Positions 49,880-63,729 are shown, numbered from the stretch's first letter. The stretch is 64,000 nt of DNA from Takakia lepidozioides (GCA_030704615.1 CM060731.1:36208001-36272000), one strand, 5' to 3'. Program-made: numbers and translations. The notes: generated from the sequence alone by a model not told the origin.

Positions 49880-52450
49880 CGGTTATTAGCGTCAGGTCAT
49901 GTCAGACCTGACGCTGACGGGACCTCCGTCACGTCAGGTTCGGGGAATATTATGATAAAAACAGTACCAGGTAAAATACTGCTGCTTAAGCAACTACGTC
50001 ACCGACACGGTGGCGGTGGCAAATACATTTTAAAAATTAACAAAATGAACACGACCGCCAATTCGCTTTGTTTTTCGAAATTAAAAAAGAAATAGCGACC
50101 GCCGTATTGGCGGTCGTTTCAATTTTTATTTTTTTTAAAGCAAGATTGGCGGTCGCACTGGCGGTCGTTTTATTTTTCGAAATAGAAAAAAAATAGCGAC
50201 CGCCATATTGGCGGCCGCTTCAAATGTTTTAAAAAAAAAAGCAAGATTGGCGGTCAGAAGATTGAAGTTCAGGTAATAAAGACCAGTTGTGCCTCCCCCG
50301 GCCGATGACCCCACCTTCCAAGGGACAACCCTAGTCCGGCGATGTGAATTCTGATTTGCCGAGCAAGCCCAATACTCAACACACCGCATTAACTTAGCTT
50401 CGGCGGAGCTTTCACCCTATCCAAGGCCATCCGGTTCCGGGGTTAGTCTCGCTTGTTGACCTAAGCTACCGTTCATGGGCACGTTTTCTTTTCCTCCGGC
50501 CCCCAGACGACCCCGCCCTAGAACTTGAATTCACAAACCCCGACATTGTATAAATCTTTGCCCACTACAGGGTCCAACCTCCGACAAACGGCAATGAACG
50601 CGTGTGGATGGTGTCTTCGTAGTTTTCTGCAAAAAAAAAAAAAACGTCGGAAATTCGGAAACAGCAAAATGGTGATTGATGCTTGTTACCGTGAACAAGT
50701 GTGTAGGACTGACCAATAGAATAGAAAACCGACAAAACCTCCCCCCTAAATAATCACCTTTGCACCTCTTTTGCAGTGCCAAACAACGAAGTCCGAAAGG
50801 ACTACAGGATGTCAAGGAACCGCACCACAAGAGGGGCAAAAGAGATCAGAAAAGAAGGGGAGGGTGTTTATAGAGGCGCGCCCACCAGCCCCCCCCTCCC
50901 CTCCCCAAAAAAATGTTATTATGTTGAAATGCGGCGACAGGCCAGTCGCCCCCCTGCACGGTCCATATTGTCAAGGTTCAAAACCACCTCCCCCCTCCCA
51001 TTTGTTTCGTTTTTCCTGATCCGTGGGCCCCTCGCCACGTGGCTGGCCGCGGCGCCCGCTCATGCTTACCCTTTAAAAACAAAACCAACGCACCACAGGG
51101 CTCCCCCCTGGATTCCTCCGAAAAAAAAAACCCGCGCCCCCCGGCAGACGCCCCCCCCCGGTCGTCTCTTTTATAAAAACGCAGACCCAACGCGACCACC
51201 CACTGGCGGTCGTTGCTTTTTAAATATATAATAATAAATAACGCGACCGCTACTGGCGGTCGCTTAATTCAAGATTACAATATATAAATAAGCGACCCAC
51301 CGCTACATGGCGGTCGCTTCATTTCCAACAAATATATCAGTAAGGCGCGCAACCCGCCCCCCCAAACCGGCCTGGTCGCCACTAATTTAACCAGAACATC
51401 CAAACTAAACCCAATCCCCCCCCCCCCGCGACCGCTTCCAAATGGCGGTCGCTGTTCCCCGGATTTTTATTAACCCACAAAATCAGCGACGCGCAGGGCA
51501 GCCTGCATTTTGCAAAAATTAACTGAAGACAAACTCGACCGCCAAACCGACACGGCGACCCGACAGCAACTTATTTAAGAATAAGAATAAAAATACAAGG
51601 CCCAGTGGTCGCTAATTTAAAAATTAAGACGCCCGCCCCCCCTCTATGCGACCGCCCTGGCGGGTCCTCCGACCTGTATTTTTACAGAATATATAAAAGA
51701 TAACTATTAATCAAAATAAAAACATAATAAAAAATAATAAAAGTGCGACCCCCCCAACACGCGACCGTCACTCGGGGCGGTCGCTTCAGTTAAAACAATA
51801 AGAAACATCTCACCCCTCGACCGAACCCAATGAACAACCGCGCCGAAATAAGCCTTCTATTTTTTAACACTGTAATCAAAAATCAACAAGCGACCGCCAC
51901 AATATGGCGCCGGTCGACCTTCATCTTAAAAATAAATAAATTACCCCGGCCAGCCCGCAAACCGTCAATATGGGTGGATGCTTCATTTAAAAATAATATA
52001 AATTACGGACGACGGCAATAGGCCCCCAATATGGCGGTCGCTTCATTTGAAAATAATAAATTACCGGCGACAGGACTTGACCCAATACATGTATGTCTTA
52101 CATCTATCCCGAATACCCAGCAGTCGTTTCATGCAGTCACATAAAATATTAAATTACAAGCAACCGCCAATATGGGCAGTCGCTTTTATTTTTAAAATAA
52201 TAAATTAAATGCGACCGCCAATATAGGCGGACACATTTTTTTATAAAAATTAATAAAAATTAATAACTGGCTAGGTCTGTTTGATATCGTGGCTGCCATG
52301 TCATTATAAATGGTAGAAGTAAATCGTAAAAGTAAAATGTAAAAAAAATTACATGGATAAACGTCCGGAGTCGACGTGACGTGACGCACGTCGGACGTGA
52401 GGGTCGACATGTCAGCGCCACGTCACATCAGGAATGATAACTAGGGAGAG
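49880..52450. repeat. Large array of GCGACCGCC/GGCGGTCGC palindromic repeats with oppositely oriented arms
   Basis: Dozens of gcgaccgcc(aatat)ggcggtcgc units at 50070-50260 and 51190-52230. ACGT/GACGT-rich terminal blocks lie at 49885-49940 and 52360-52430. Confidence 0.7.
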
Positions 52451-54281
52451 AGCAGACTCGGGTAATAGGACCGGCGTAACTAATAATCACTTTGCCTTGC
52501 GTCTACTGCCCAATTTCGGGGGTGGACCCTATCGCATAAAATTAAATTTATTATAGATACATCGTGCCCAAACCTCACGTACTGTGTCGCCGAAAAATGC
52601 ACAATACAACTTGTATAGATGCAGACTAGTAGTGCACTGCACTTTTCTAATTGAACTGCGGTGCGGCACGTATTTAATACCGCGTCATCTGTAGTATCTC
52701 TGGAGCTTTGTTATTTGAGATTCATGTCGACTCTTGATACACATATGAAGATTATTTTAAATGGACTGAATTTCACTGCAATGCAATTCCCTAAAATTAG
52801 CAGAGGAGCAGTGCATGTAATACACTATACCATCCTAAACTCGGTGCAGTGCAGTCCAAATACTGCACCAACCTCTCGGAAACATCACAAACAGTTTCTT
52901 TGGGTTGGTTTCTGGATTTCTCGGGATCTAAAGAAAATTTTATTATTTATTTTTAAAACTGACGCGTAATTTTGGTGGTCAAGAATTTTTTTGATATTTT
53001 TTGTGTGCTTAAAATTGGTACAACCACCAATCCCAACGATCGCACCTATTAAATAAATAAATAAATATTGTGTGATTGCAAATAAATGGTCGAATCCATT
53101 AAAATGTTTTGCCAGAATTGACGACCCGATCGCATATTTTTAAAAGAAAACAAACGGATTTTATTTTTTGTTTTTGCTGTTTTTAATCTTAAAAATTGGT
53201 TTGACCTTTTTCGTAGTCGTACTAATCTAGAAAATAAAAGTTTACATGTGAACACCATAATTGGTACTTGCATCAATTTTTGGAAAGTAAAAAATATGTT
53301 ATAAATGATTGCTAATTTTGATGGACACGCGTATTTTTTTATATTAATAATATGACATGAAATCACCAAATTTTGACTGTTGCACGTATTTATTTGAAAA
53401 CAAATTACATGTGATCATCGAATTTTGAGGGTCCTACATATTTTTAAAATAAAATAACTTGTGATCGCCGAAATTTTGTAAAAAATATTATATACAAGTA
53501 CAACAATCAAAATTTGGGAATCGCACGTATTATAATATGTTCTTGCATACGCCACTGTTATAAAAAATGCTTAAATTCAGACTTTACAATGTGTAATCTA
53601 AAAGCTGTGGTAGTGCATATAACGTTTATTCACTCCAACATCCATCCGAAATGGAACATATAGAAATAGACATTTCATGATTATACAAATTATTTTGGTA
53701 ATAATCTCTTAAGATATTTTATATATTTAATACGTTGTTAGGTTCATAAAATGTCTTCAAATATTGCATATTTACTATCGTTGATACTAAATCTATGCTT
53801 TAAGACCTGACCAAGTTCCAACATCAAATGACTATTTTTCATGCATATTATTTTGATCTTTTAACTCTATATAACATTTCAAACATATTGCTTTATCAGA
53901 TGTCTGAATCTTTATGACTGCATAAAAGTGAAAGTCTACTAAACATGCATATATTATTTCATAACAAAATAAATAAACTATGTGTTGGATTGATGGGTCC
54001 TCATGGTCCCCCATGTGGCACCCTTAGCTCCACGGGTACCACCTTCTCTTCGGTCACAGGGTGTCCCTTGGACATCTGCATTCTCCATAGATCTACCCCC
54101 GAAAGGGGGCAGTAGCCGCAATGTAAAGTGACTCTCAGTTACGCCGGTTCACTAACCGGAGTCTTCTCTCTGTGTTGGATGCAAACTAACTAACAAACGT
54201 ATTAATTTCAAGGTTTAATAATAACATAGTTGCACATATGGACATGACGTGGTGCTTGCATGTCGGACATCATGTCAAGAC

Positions 54282-55056
54282 CAGTGTTGGGAGGGTATTG
54301 GGTACGTAGAGGGTATCAATGCAAGTATCAATGTGGGTATGTGGACCCGAACTCGCAAGGTACATGGTTGGACAATACCAGGTTACCTACCCGCCGGTTA
54401 AGTATTGAGTTGATATTGATGCTGAGATCCGGACCCTCGGATAAGGCTTTGGTGATATTGATATTGATATTGATATTTATGAGGGCTAAAAAAAACTAGA
54501 TCCCCCATATCAATATCAAGTGCCTAGACATGTCACATTAAATGTCACATTTTAGTTCTGATTCCCCTCGCTTCAGGGATTTAGTACCCCCTTAAAAACA
54601 TATTAAACTGGTAAGTGATACTAATACTTAAAACGCTGTCAAACATTGCCAAATTACACACCATACCTTAAAAAATACAAACTACTTATAGAACTTAGGA
54701 ATTATAATTCTAGCCACCTAAATAAATACATTAGTATTAGTATTAATTAGTGATTAGATAATATTTGTACATTTGTATAATATTTGTATAAATTTTACAA
54801 GGACAGGGCGCTCTTAAAAAATGATTGAAGATTTTCTTTTAAATCCCGGCCCCGGGTAGGTTATCATCCATGTTTGATTTGTTATTGATATGTTGTCTAA
54901 TACTTTTGATAATGGGCTTCATTGATAACCCCCGGATATGTAAAATCCTAAAAAAATTAATATTGGTCGTCGGCGGGTATGTTCACAACCTCCCACCGCC
55001 AATACCCAGAACCAGCGGGTCTTACAAAGGTAATTACTAATAACCTCCCAACACTG
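54282..55056. mobile_element. Non-autonomous hAT element (MITE)
   Basis: TIR CAGTGTTGGGAGG; 8-bp TSD GTCAAGAC / GTCGAGAC. Confidence 0.85.
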
Positions 55057-55860
55057 GTCGAGACGTAGGTGGCGTCACGTCCGAAACGGACGTTAATTTG
55101 TGACATATGTAATATTTTTAATTTTTTATTCCACTTATTTTTATCCTAAGTGATGAGGTGACAGGCCATGTGGAATATAAATTTGGACATAATTTTACAT
55201 GTATCAATTTAATAAATATCATACGACCACCAAATATTGACGGTTACAGGTAATCTTTAAAACTCTAAATACGTGTGACCAATAAGTGACGAGGTGACAA
55301 CTATTTGTTTTTTCCTTATTACATGCAAACGCCAAATATTGAAGGTTGTACCTATTTTTATTCGCTGCGACCGCTGAATTTGAGCGAAATTAGCAACAAC
55401 CGATAGAATTCAGGAGTCGCTTCTAATTTTTCTTTTTTAAATGAGCTGCGAACCGCCAAGTTCTAGCGGTTGCACCGAAATCGCACTAAGTTTTAACGAC
55501 AAAAAAATAAGAACGACCACCAAAATTTGGTGGTCATAAATTGGTTTTTAAGTAATTTTTAAAAATATTTTAATTAAAATACTGATGTGACCTTCAAGAT
55601 TCAATGGTCACACCTATTTTATTTAAATAAAATTAGACGCGACTGCCGAAATTCGGCCGTCATAATTATTTTTTATAAGCTATTTGAAATTTTTTAAAGC
55701 AAATTTAAGAATTTAAAAACGACACCAAGTATTTGCAGTTTTTAAAATAATAATAATAAATAAATTTATATTTTCAATACAAAAAATGACTGCGACTGCC
55801 AAATGCTATCGGTCGCACATTTTTTTTTTTTTTAAAGATAATAAAACTTTAATTTCGGCA
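55057..55860. repeat. Degenerate copy of the GCGACCGCC palindrome-array repeat (starts ~54240, interrupted by the MITE)
   Basis: cgaccaccaaatattgacggt, gaccaccaaaatttggtggtc, gcgactgccgaaattcggccgtc and similar units. Related decayed arrays lie at ~23915-24450, ~52960-53530 and ~62980-63410. Confidence 0.6.
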
Positions 55861-57045
55861 ACTTTGTTCACATCTTACAAAAGACAACCCGCAACTTAAA
55901 GCTATGAAGGCCCGCTACTTTTTGTGAAGTTATGACAATCATACGACCCAACGTTCGACATCTTCTTGTAGTGGAACATAGGCTTGACAATATGGTCCAT
56001 TAAACTCCACGCAGTCACACCTGAACAGTGCCCAGCTGAAAAAATATGGGTTAGATATAATCGTAAGTACTAAGAGCAATCAGTCGACGACACTATGGGG
56101 AGACAATCGTACACACAAAATGGAAACAGCACGATGCACAATGCATCTACAAGTCGAAACTAATTGGACATGACAGCTTAAAGATATGGTACCCCGTAGC
56201 ATAGTCGTATAGATGAGGATATTTTTGCCCAGAAGCATTGAGCTTCTTGATGCAAGCGGACAGACAAAAAAACTGAGGGATGGGCTCTCTCCTGTGAATG
56301 TCGTTCTCTCCCAGTCCACTGAAGTACAAATTCATAAGCGTCATCTGCATACCGGTTGATTCGCATTGTTTCAGCCTGTTTTGCGGCATACCTCACTTCG
56401 TACTCTCTATGAAGCCGCTCCATTATGTGATGTCATGAAGCGCGGTGAGCGGTCATCTGTCGCTGATGCATGATGACTTTGAAATGAATGTAGGTGCCAC
56501 CAAATATTAATATATTAATATAAATTATTGTAAATATATTAATATTAATAATATTATATTCCTAAAACTACGTCGCATCAGCGTATGGTCTAACGTGACC
56601 TAATTACGTGACGTGTGCAACCTTGAATAATAGTTTGCGTATCATGTCAATGTATACGCTCCATCCAGAATCTTCATTTTCAGAGCATATTAGCTATCAC
56701 ATGCACCCTCAATAATTTTATTTATCATTATTAATCCCAAAGCGCTGGGAGCCAAATTGGAAAACAGCTCCAAAATGGGACTGTCATCAATAACCCTATA
56801 TCTGTCAGCAAGAGTTCATCCAGGGAATTGAACCGTACTAACTAGTTCTTACCTACTCCATGCAGGTACTGACCAAATTTCAGAAAAAATTACCGTCAAT
56901 TTAGGGAGATTATAACGAATTACTATGGTGAATTTATCAAGTCCAAGCAAGTGTGGATAGAAAAAAACACTTTGACCAAAGAAATTTACCATCACAATTT
57001 TTTTTGCTTAGTCCCGGACCACCTCAGACAGATTCCTTGCTGGGT

Positions 57046-57076
<31 letters not shown>

Positions 57077-57849
57077 ATATTTGCATAGATCCTACACACT
57101 GTAACCAAATGCACTTTCCTCTGGTGCAATTCTGCAATGTCCAAAGGTGAACAAGAATCTGAAATGTTTTTTGAAAAAACCAAAAGCACAAGTGTAGATG
57201 GATTATTTTGTATTTTTTCCAGGCACTTCTAGGCTAGGCTTATTTTTCTGGCCAGGTGAACTTTCCGGTTGACATTATAAAGGGTCACGTCGCCAAAAAC
57301 ATTTCGTTCTCATCAGGCACCCGATATACGCAGTGAGGCCATCTACCCACACTGAAGGACCCGGGGAAGTTACTCATGTGTCCGCCCGCCCGCCATGAAC
57401 CTCCCCAACTGTACCTCCCAACCACCATGACCTCCCAAGAACTAAGGGGGCTTGAATCCCCTGATCTGCCCAGTATGCAGACAGTCCCCCACCCCCCCAA
57501 ACAGCCAGACAACCCCCACAGCATGCACCCCACCTCTGGCAGCAAGCCCTCCCCCCCTCCCTTCCCCCAAAAACAACAAAATCCACCATCGCAATTGCCT
57601 CCTCTTTGCCAGTGCTCACTCACGAACCAAAAAACAAACACCAGCAACAAAACAGGTAAAAAAAAAAAAAACGATGACCCCGCCGCTGCCATGACACACA
57701 CCCCCTGTAGCCATACAACACCATGAACCCCCTGTCACCTCCCTACCAAACAGTTTATACCACACAAACCAAATCAGCAGCAGGTGCAGCCAAATCCCGA
57801 TTTCCGTCCTCCCATCACAAGAACATACACAAGGCATTGAGCACAATCA

Positions 57850-58915
57850 AAGTCATCACCTTGCCCGTATCATGTGGACATCACGCCAACATTGGCATAG
57901 ACACATGTATGTCTCATTACACTGGGGACAGTAAAAGTGCACACTGACGCCGAAGGATGGAATGTAGACACTGATGCACATGGGTCTGTCCTTCTCCATA
58001 CACAGAAGCCACTGGTTCAAAGCCAACAACACCAACAGTCAAGCAATGTGTCATATGCATATTGAACTCAAGATGATTAATTGCAGGTAGGCCTTTGACT
58101 CTCAAATGCTCTCTGTGTAGCAAGTATGCATTCACCATGGTGATGTCCAAAAGGAAAAAAAAAACACGGTGCCACCACTTGTGGGTCTTCAATTGCATAC
58201 TATATGCACACCTCAATTGATCCTGAACATCTACACCCCGCATGTATGTCTGGTATTGGACATGCATGGGCACAGACAGAACCTGCACTCGCTGATTCCC
58301 CACAAATCGACGGACGCTTACAGGTGAATTGGGCCCATTGGCTGGCCGAGCTGCAGAAGATACAAGAAAAACACATTTCTTGTCCCACCATAGAACGGCA
58401 ACAATTTGCCGCGTGACATGCATTTTGTATCACGAGTCCCCCCTGTCGGGCAGTTTTAGATTTCTTCATGGTAATCAAGGAAGGGGGCAGCCCCTTGCGG
58501 TTCAGCCTCACTATACCAGTGGCCCAAATGCCAAGAAGGGCCATGTCATACAACAACTGAGGAGAGGTCAAGAAATTGTCGGTCACCACGATATGACCAC
58601 GACCATGCAGTGACGATACCAACTTGCTCACCATATCATATTCCTCACCCTTTCCACTATTTTCTCTCATCCCTTCTAGCCCTCCATTCTTGCCGCAATA
58701 AAGATCAAAATCATAAACATAACTAGTGACACTATCTGCTAGGGCCCACACTTTTATGCCTCACTTAATCGGTTTCTTGGGCATGTAATGTCGGATGGCA
58801 CAGTATTTGCCCTTATACCGTAGCATAACCTTATCAACTGTCACCATCTTGTTCAGATTCCACCATTATTTGCAACGAGCAATAATCTCATCGCAAAGCT
58901 AGCGCACCTTCCAGT
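57850..58915 (-). pseudogene. piggyBac-like (PGBD/DDE_Tnp_1_7) transposase fragment
   Basis: PKKPIK*GIKVWALADSVTSYVYDFDLYCGK, VVTDNFLTS, TGIVRLNRKGLP, WWDKK, YMRGVDVQDQL, KWWHRVFFFLLDITMVNAY. Confidence 0.88.
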
Positions 58916-58975
58916 CGAATTTCAACGAGATGAAGGCAACGTAGGATTGCCTCAAATCTGTCTTGAGGCATGACT

Positions 58976-59200
58976 TCGTATGCGCTGGCACATACCAGAC
59001 AACAGTGTTTTGTTTTTAATTTTGTTTTTAATTATTTGTTTTTAATTATTTGTTTTTAATTTTTTTAAACTTTGTTTTTAACAAAACAGGGGACAGTGGC
59101 CCTCATATTTCGTATGCGCCGGCGCATACCAGACAACAGTGTTGTTTTTATTTAATTTATTTAATTTATGTTTTTACAAAACAGGGACAGTGACCCTCAT
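58976..59200. repeat. Two-copy direct repeat upstream of the piggyBac-like fragment
   Basis: ttcgtatgcgc(t/c)ggc(a/g)cataccagacaacagtgtt...acaaaacagg(g)acagtg(g/a)ccctcata occurs twice. Confidence 0.8.
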
Positions 59201-59442
59201 AGTGTCATTTTTTAGCTTCCTCGGATATAGGGTTGTTATGCAGTAATCCGTGAAAATACGTCCATTTCTTAATGTTTTGACGACCCATCCATGCTCATAA
59301 TCATATATAATTTATATTATGGGCTCACGATTTCCAGCTCACCGCTCACGGTTTAGCGTCCTTGGAGCAGGTTGTGTGTAACTGTATGGTAGAATGCTTA
59401 TTGACCATGAAGGCGCAGCTTTGGCAGGGGATGGGTTCGCAC

Positions 59443-60704
59443 GAGTGTTGGACTGGTATATAAGGTCTGGCAGGGTATCAACAAGGGTATTGAATAACCG
59501 ACCCGGCTGGTATTGGAAATTCCAATACTATGGTTGATAACCGGACCGGCTGATATTGCCAAGGCAATACCCGGGTGCATACCAGTGTTGTACTGGTATC
59601 AGTTTTAGGACATATTAGACTGGTCCTGGTACCAGACGTATCGCGAAACTTTCATACCAGTCTGGTCTATATAATAATAGACATATATATTTTTCCAAAT
59701 ACTGGTATGAGTATGAATATCATGACCACAATACCAGCTGGTATGAGATATCAATTCTGGTATCATTCCAAAGCCATCATTGAATAACAAGTTTATCAAA
59801 TAGCAAGTATCAAGTGAAAAAAATACAATACAATAAAGAAATAAATATACATAAGTACAAATATGTAGGCATATGTACACATAAAGTAATATAGTACACA
59901 TACCAGAGTAAATGAGAGTACTGGTATTGTGGCTGGTCTGAAAAGACTGATACCAGCCTGGTCATGGTATATAACCAAGTATTCTCCCAAACGATACCAG
60001 ACTGGTCTGGTATCTAATACTAATGCATATACCTGTACACATACCAGGCAATATCTTGTATACCAATACAACACTAGTGCATACCCGTATTATGGGCAAA
60101 AACAATGACTATACCATGGTATGAATAGGAAATTGGCTAGGTGCACAATATGTCAAAGGTCAGGAAAAGAGGGTGCACATGTCAGGGAGGGCATGTCCAG
60201 CCCCAAGGATCCACCACTATGCTTCATTTCTTACCACATGTAGGGCGGGCCCACCTCTATTTTTTTATTTTTTTAGCACATGTAGGGTGTCTTATGTGGT
60301 TGCAATCAGTCTTCTTTTCACTAAGATTGCTTCAATTTGGATACTAAAATCTGCAACGTTGTTATTATGTATTGCAAAGACTGAATTTTGCAACATGATA
60401 ATTAATTTCTTTGTGAAATCAACTGAAATATTCTAAATTCATACATATTAATGATTTAGTGGTTTATTTTATTTTATTTTATTTTATTTATACCCGGGTT
60501 GATAACCGGCTGGTATTATATTGGAATACCCATCCTATTGATATCCGTCCGCAAATCGAAAGTCACACTACTATTGAGAACCGGGGGGGTATTAAAATGA
60601 AGGGAATCTTTCAATACTATGGAACCGGCTGGTATTGTAAATTAATTTCTTTTCAATACCCGGACCCGGCTGATATTAGAAAAAGTAATACCCGCACAAC
60701 ACTG
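59443..60704. mobile_element. Non-autonomous hAT element (outer)
   Basis: Ends (g)AGTGTTG...CAACACTG; 8-bp TSD GTTCGCAC / GTTCACAC; subterminal acccggctg/ataaccgg repeats. Confidence 0.75.
59583..60076. mobile_element. Nested non-autonomous hAT MITE
   Basis: TIR (C/T)AGTGTTGTA(C/T)TGGTAT; perfect 8-bp TSD GTGCATAC (59575-59582 / 60077-60084); many ataccag/ctggtat subterminal repeats. Confidence 0.88.
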
Positions 60705-63700
60705 GTTCACACCCCTGTAGCCTATATTGTACGGGTAATAAATTTACTATTATTGCAGCATCAATGTTGCGAAGAGGGAGGGCTTTGATTTTGATTTAGG
60801 GCATTTCTGATTGGGTAAAGTTGAATTTCAGATACACGCATATTGGTCTAGGGGAGGAGAGAAGACCTTTGTGCCAATCCTATTGCACCACATGTCGTCC
60901 CTTTCTATGCTCACTAGTCTCTCCAAGGGGTAGTTGCAGGATAGGGTGTCTCACTTTGAGCAGATGGTGACGTCCAAGAAAGTTTTTTTTTTTTTTTTTT
61001 TTTTTGGGCTTTCTTTCTGCATATTTTTCAGTTTGATTCTTATAAAGATAAAAAATAGTGTACTTAACATCTTTAGTAAAGGGTCTAACCCCAAATATTA
61101 GAAATTTTATTTATTAGAAATTTTATTCTATTATTGGAAAAAACTTTTAGGAGTCAAGAGTATATGACCATTTGTCCATATACTACCTGCCTCCTTTGGA
61201 TCCTATCATAGAGGAGAATGTCCCAAAGACGGCCAATATTACCCCATATCATTGCCATCCTAGATTAAATGTTTGTATATTTATTAGTAAAAGATGATAT
61301 CCCAAAAGCCCAAAAGACAATATTCCATGGACTAATGAAAAACACTTGTTTTTTGGTGTATAAAAAAGTCCATAGCTTCGTAAAAATTTGATAGTTTTCC
61401 AAACTATTTTTATCTATTGAAACATTTTTACACATGATTTTTTGTCATTGTCACAATTGGTTACATTTATATATGTTTTTTTAGAGTTCATAGCACAAAA
61501 AATTGTGCCGATGACAAAACAGTATTTTGTGATTCAAAAGTCCATAGCATTCTTATAGTTCATCCAATTTGCGAAAAATTTGTTACATTATATAGGTCTC
61601 GTAGGTGGTATACAAGAACCAATGTCATTTATAATAAAGATGGATTATTGTGAACAAAGAAAAAAAAACATGAAGCACAGTCATTGAAAAACTGCCCGAT
61701 GACGTCCAAATTGAGACGCCCTATCCTGCAACTGCCCCAAGGCCCGAGTGGAGCTTGGTGTCAGACGGAGATTGCAATGGCACTTTTGTGTCTGGAGCAT
61801 ACGCAAGCTGTAGAGGGATCTCTGCCCCGTTGCTGCTGTTTTTCTCTGTGTCTATTTTTATTCTGGGTCGCTTCCTAGTATCCTACTGCTTCCCTGGGAA
61901 GATCACTCATTGTAAAATTTTGTTACCATCTTCGAACAAATGATATATAGTTGGGGGGTATTCTTTGGTTTTTTTCTTTTTTTTGTACCCTTGCATTACA
62001 TAATTTTGTAATACGGGTTTTTTGTAGACACCATATTTTGAACTAAAAAGAATACTAGATTCTTTTATTAGCACCCAAATTTACTCTAAATATTATATAA
62101 AGTTCAATTCGAACGAAAAAAAACGCAACACATGCATAACAAACAACAAAATACATGAACTTTATCCAGGTGAATATGACCTACTGTTATTCACTAACAA
62201 ACTCATTCAGTGAGTCTGCATCATTGCTATCTAACACATACAAGTTTTTCTCTGGCTGGTAAGTTAAAGTGACAGTAATTATAATGGTGAAGGGAATCCT
62301 AGCTTTCTTCTTCTCATATATTCTTTTTAAGAAATTTGTAACACAAAGTACCCCTTTTGTTTTTATAAATATATTTATCATAATACCACAACCCTTTGTT
62401 AAAAATAAATTTATTAGAATTTTTATTTTTCAAGAGTTTGTTGGACCCTAGGAATTCATGCCGAGTGACTTCCCCTAGACTGCTTCTCTAGGTGGCTTTC
62501 AGACTTTCAGTACTCTATCCTACTCTGTATTTGCGTCCATCTCCAGTTGATGTCTAAAGGACAATGCAAGCTGATTCGAGTTCTTTGGTGGCTTCGTTCG
62601 TCTTTGTCTTCTCCTCGACAGTTAAATGGAAGCAAGATAGCTGTGAATAGTTTATGTAATGACTTCGAAGGAAGATTGCGCCCTAAATCTCCTCATTGAT
62701 ATAGATATAGACAAGATAAGCTACAGCTGAATGGATGCGGGGATAACAGTGGGATGATCTTGGACAAGTGTTGGATAGAAGAAGGTGACATGGTGTCATG
62801 TATTGGGGGGACGAACGATTTATGATGTGACAATAAGGGGCTTGGTATCGGTCCAAGAATACTCACTTGTTGTGTGGATTGCAATATCGCGGCAAACTCC
62901 GGCTTGTCTATAATGTGTAATTAGGTATGACTAATACACCCAAAATTTGAAACCAACAAATAATCAAGTGTACGACAAACACGTCATTTATATTTGAACA
63001 AATTTCAATCGATCTTAAAAAATAAAAATAATTTAAACCTACACAATCTAGCGGTCATAACTAATTAAAAAATACGAAAGCAACTGCGAATATCTGGCGG
63101 TGACAATTAAAAGGAAAAAAAATAACCGCAATGATCAAAATTCGAAGGTCACAACTAACTTAAGAAATACCAAGATACATACGACCGCCGATATTCGGCG
63201 ATTGCATGTAATTTTAAAAAACCAAATAGCTGCGACCACCAAAAATCAGCGATCATAGCTAATTTAAAAACACAGATTATATAAGCACCCATTAGTATTT
63301 GGCAGTCGCATGTGATAATCCGGTTGGCGGCCGCGGCTAATTAGTAAATACAATCGTTTACTTTGTATCTTATATAAATTGAGACTGCTAGCATTGGCGG
63401 TCCTAATTTAATTTAAAATATAAAAAAAAAAAAAACCGTTTGTGGTATATGATAAAAAAAAACTTCTTATAATCCTTGAAGTACTTTAAACCAAGGTACA
63501 CATGGATGTCTAACAACACCACCATACGTTGCTACAGCATCACAATGTGATACTAGCAAAAAAGATGTAGGTGTTTGAAGAAGAGTGTGGAGATGTGAAG
63601 TAAAGTGAGAAACTCATTAAGTAGATGAACGAGGCAAAACAACAACAATTTGAAAAAGACCGTGTAAATTAAAAAAACTACTTTATAGCCTATGTCTTTC

Positions 63701-63729
63701 TCTTTTTATGCCTAAGCAGAGCTTCAATC

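Noticed and set aside
50280-52100. GC-rich ORFs and CRISPR-like repeat/spacer appearance in the palindrome array
   Set aside because: Eukaryotic context, no cas genes, irregular low-complexity spacers; homopolymer-rich noise suggests sequencing error.
56000-56460. Short coding-like minus-strand ORFs
   Set aside because: Fragmentary; no family could be recognised.
57047-57072. (TA)n microsatellites here and at ~5133, ~7233 and ~8798
   Set aside because: Ordinary simple repeats.
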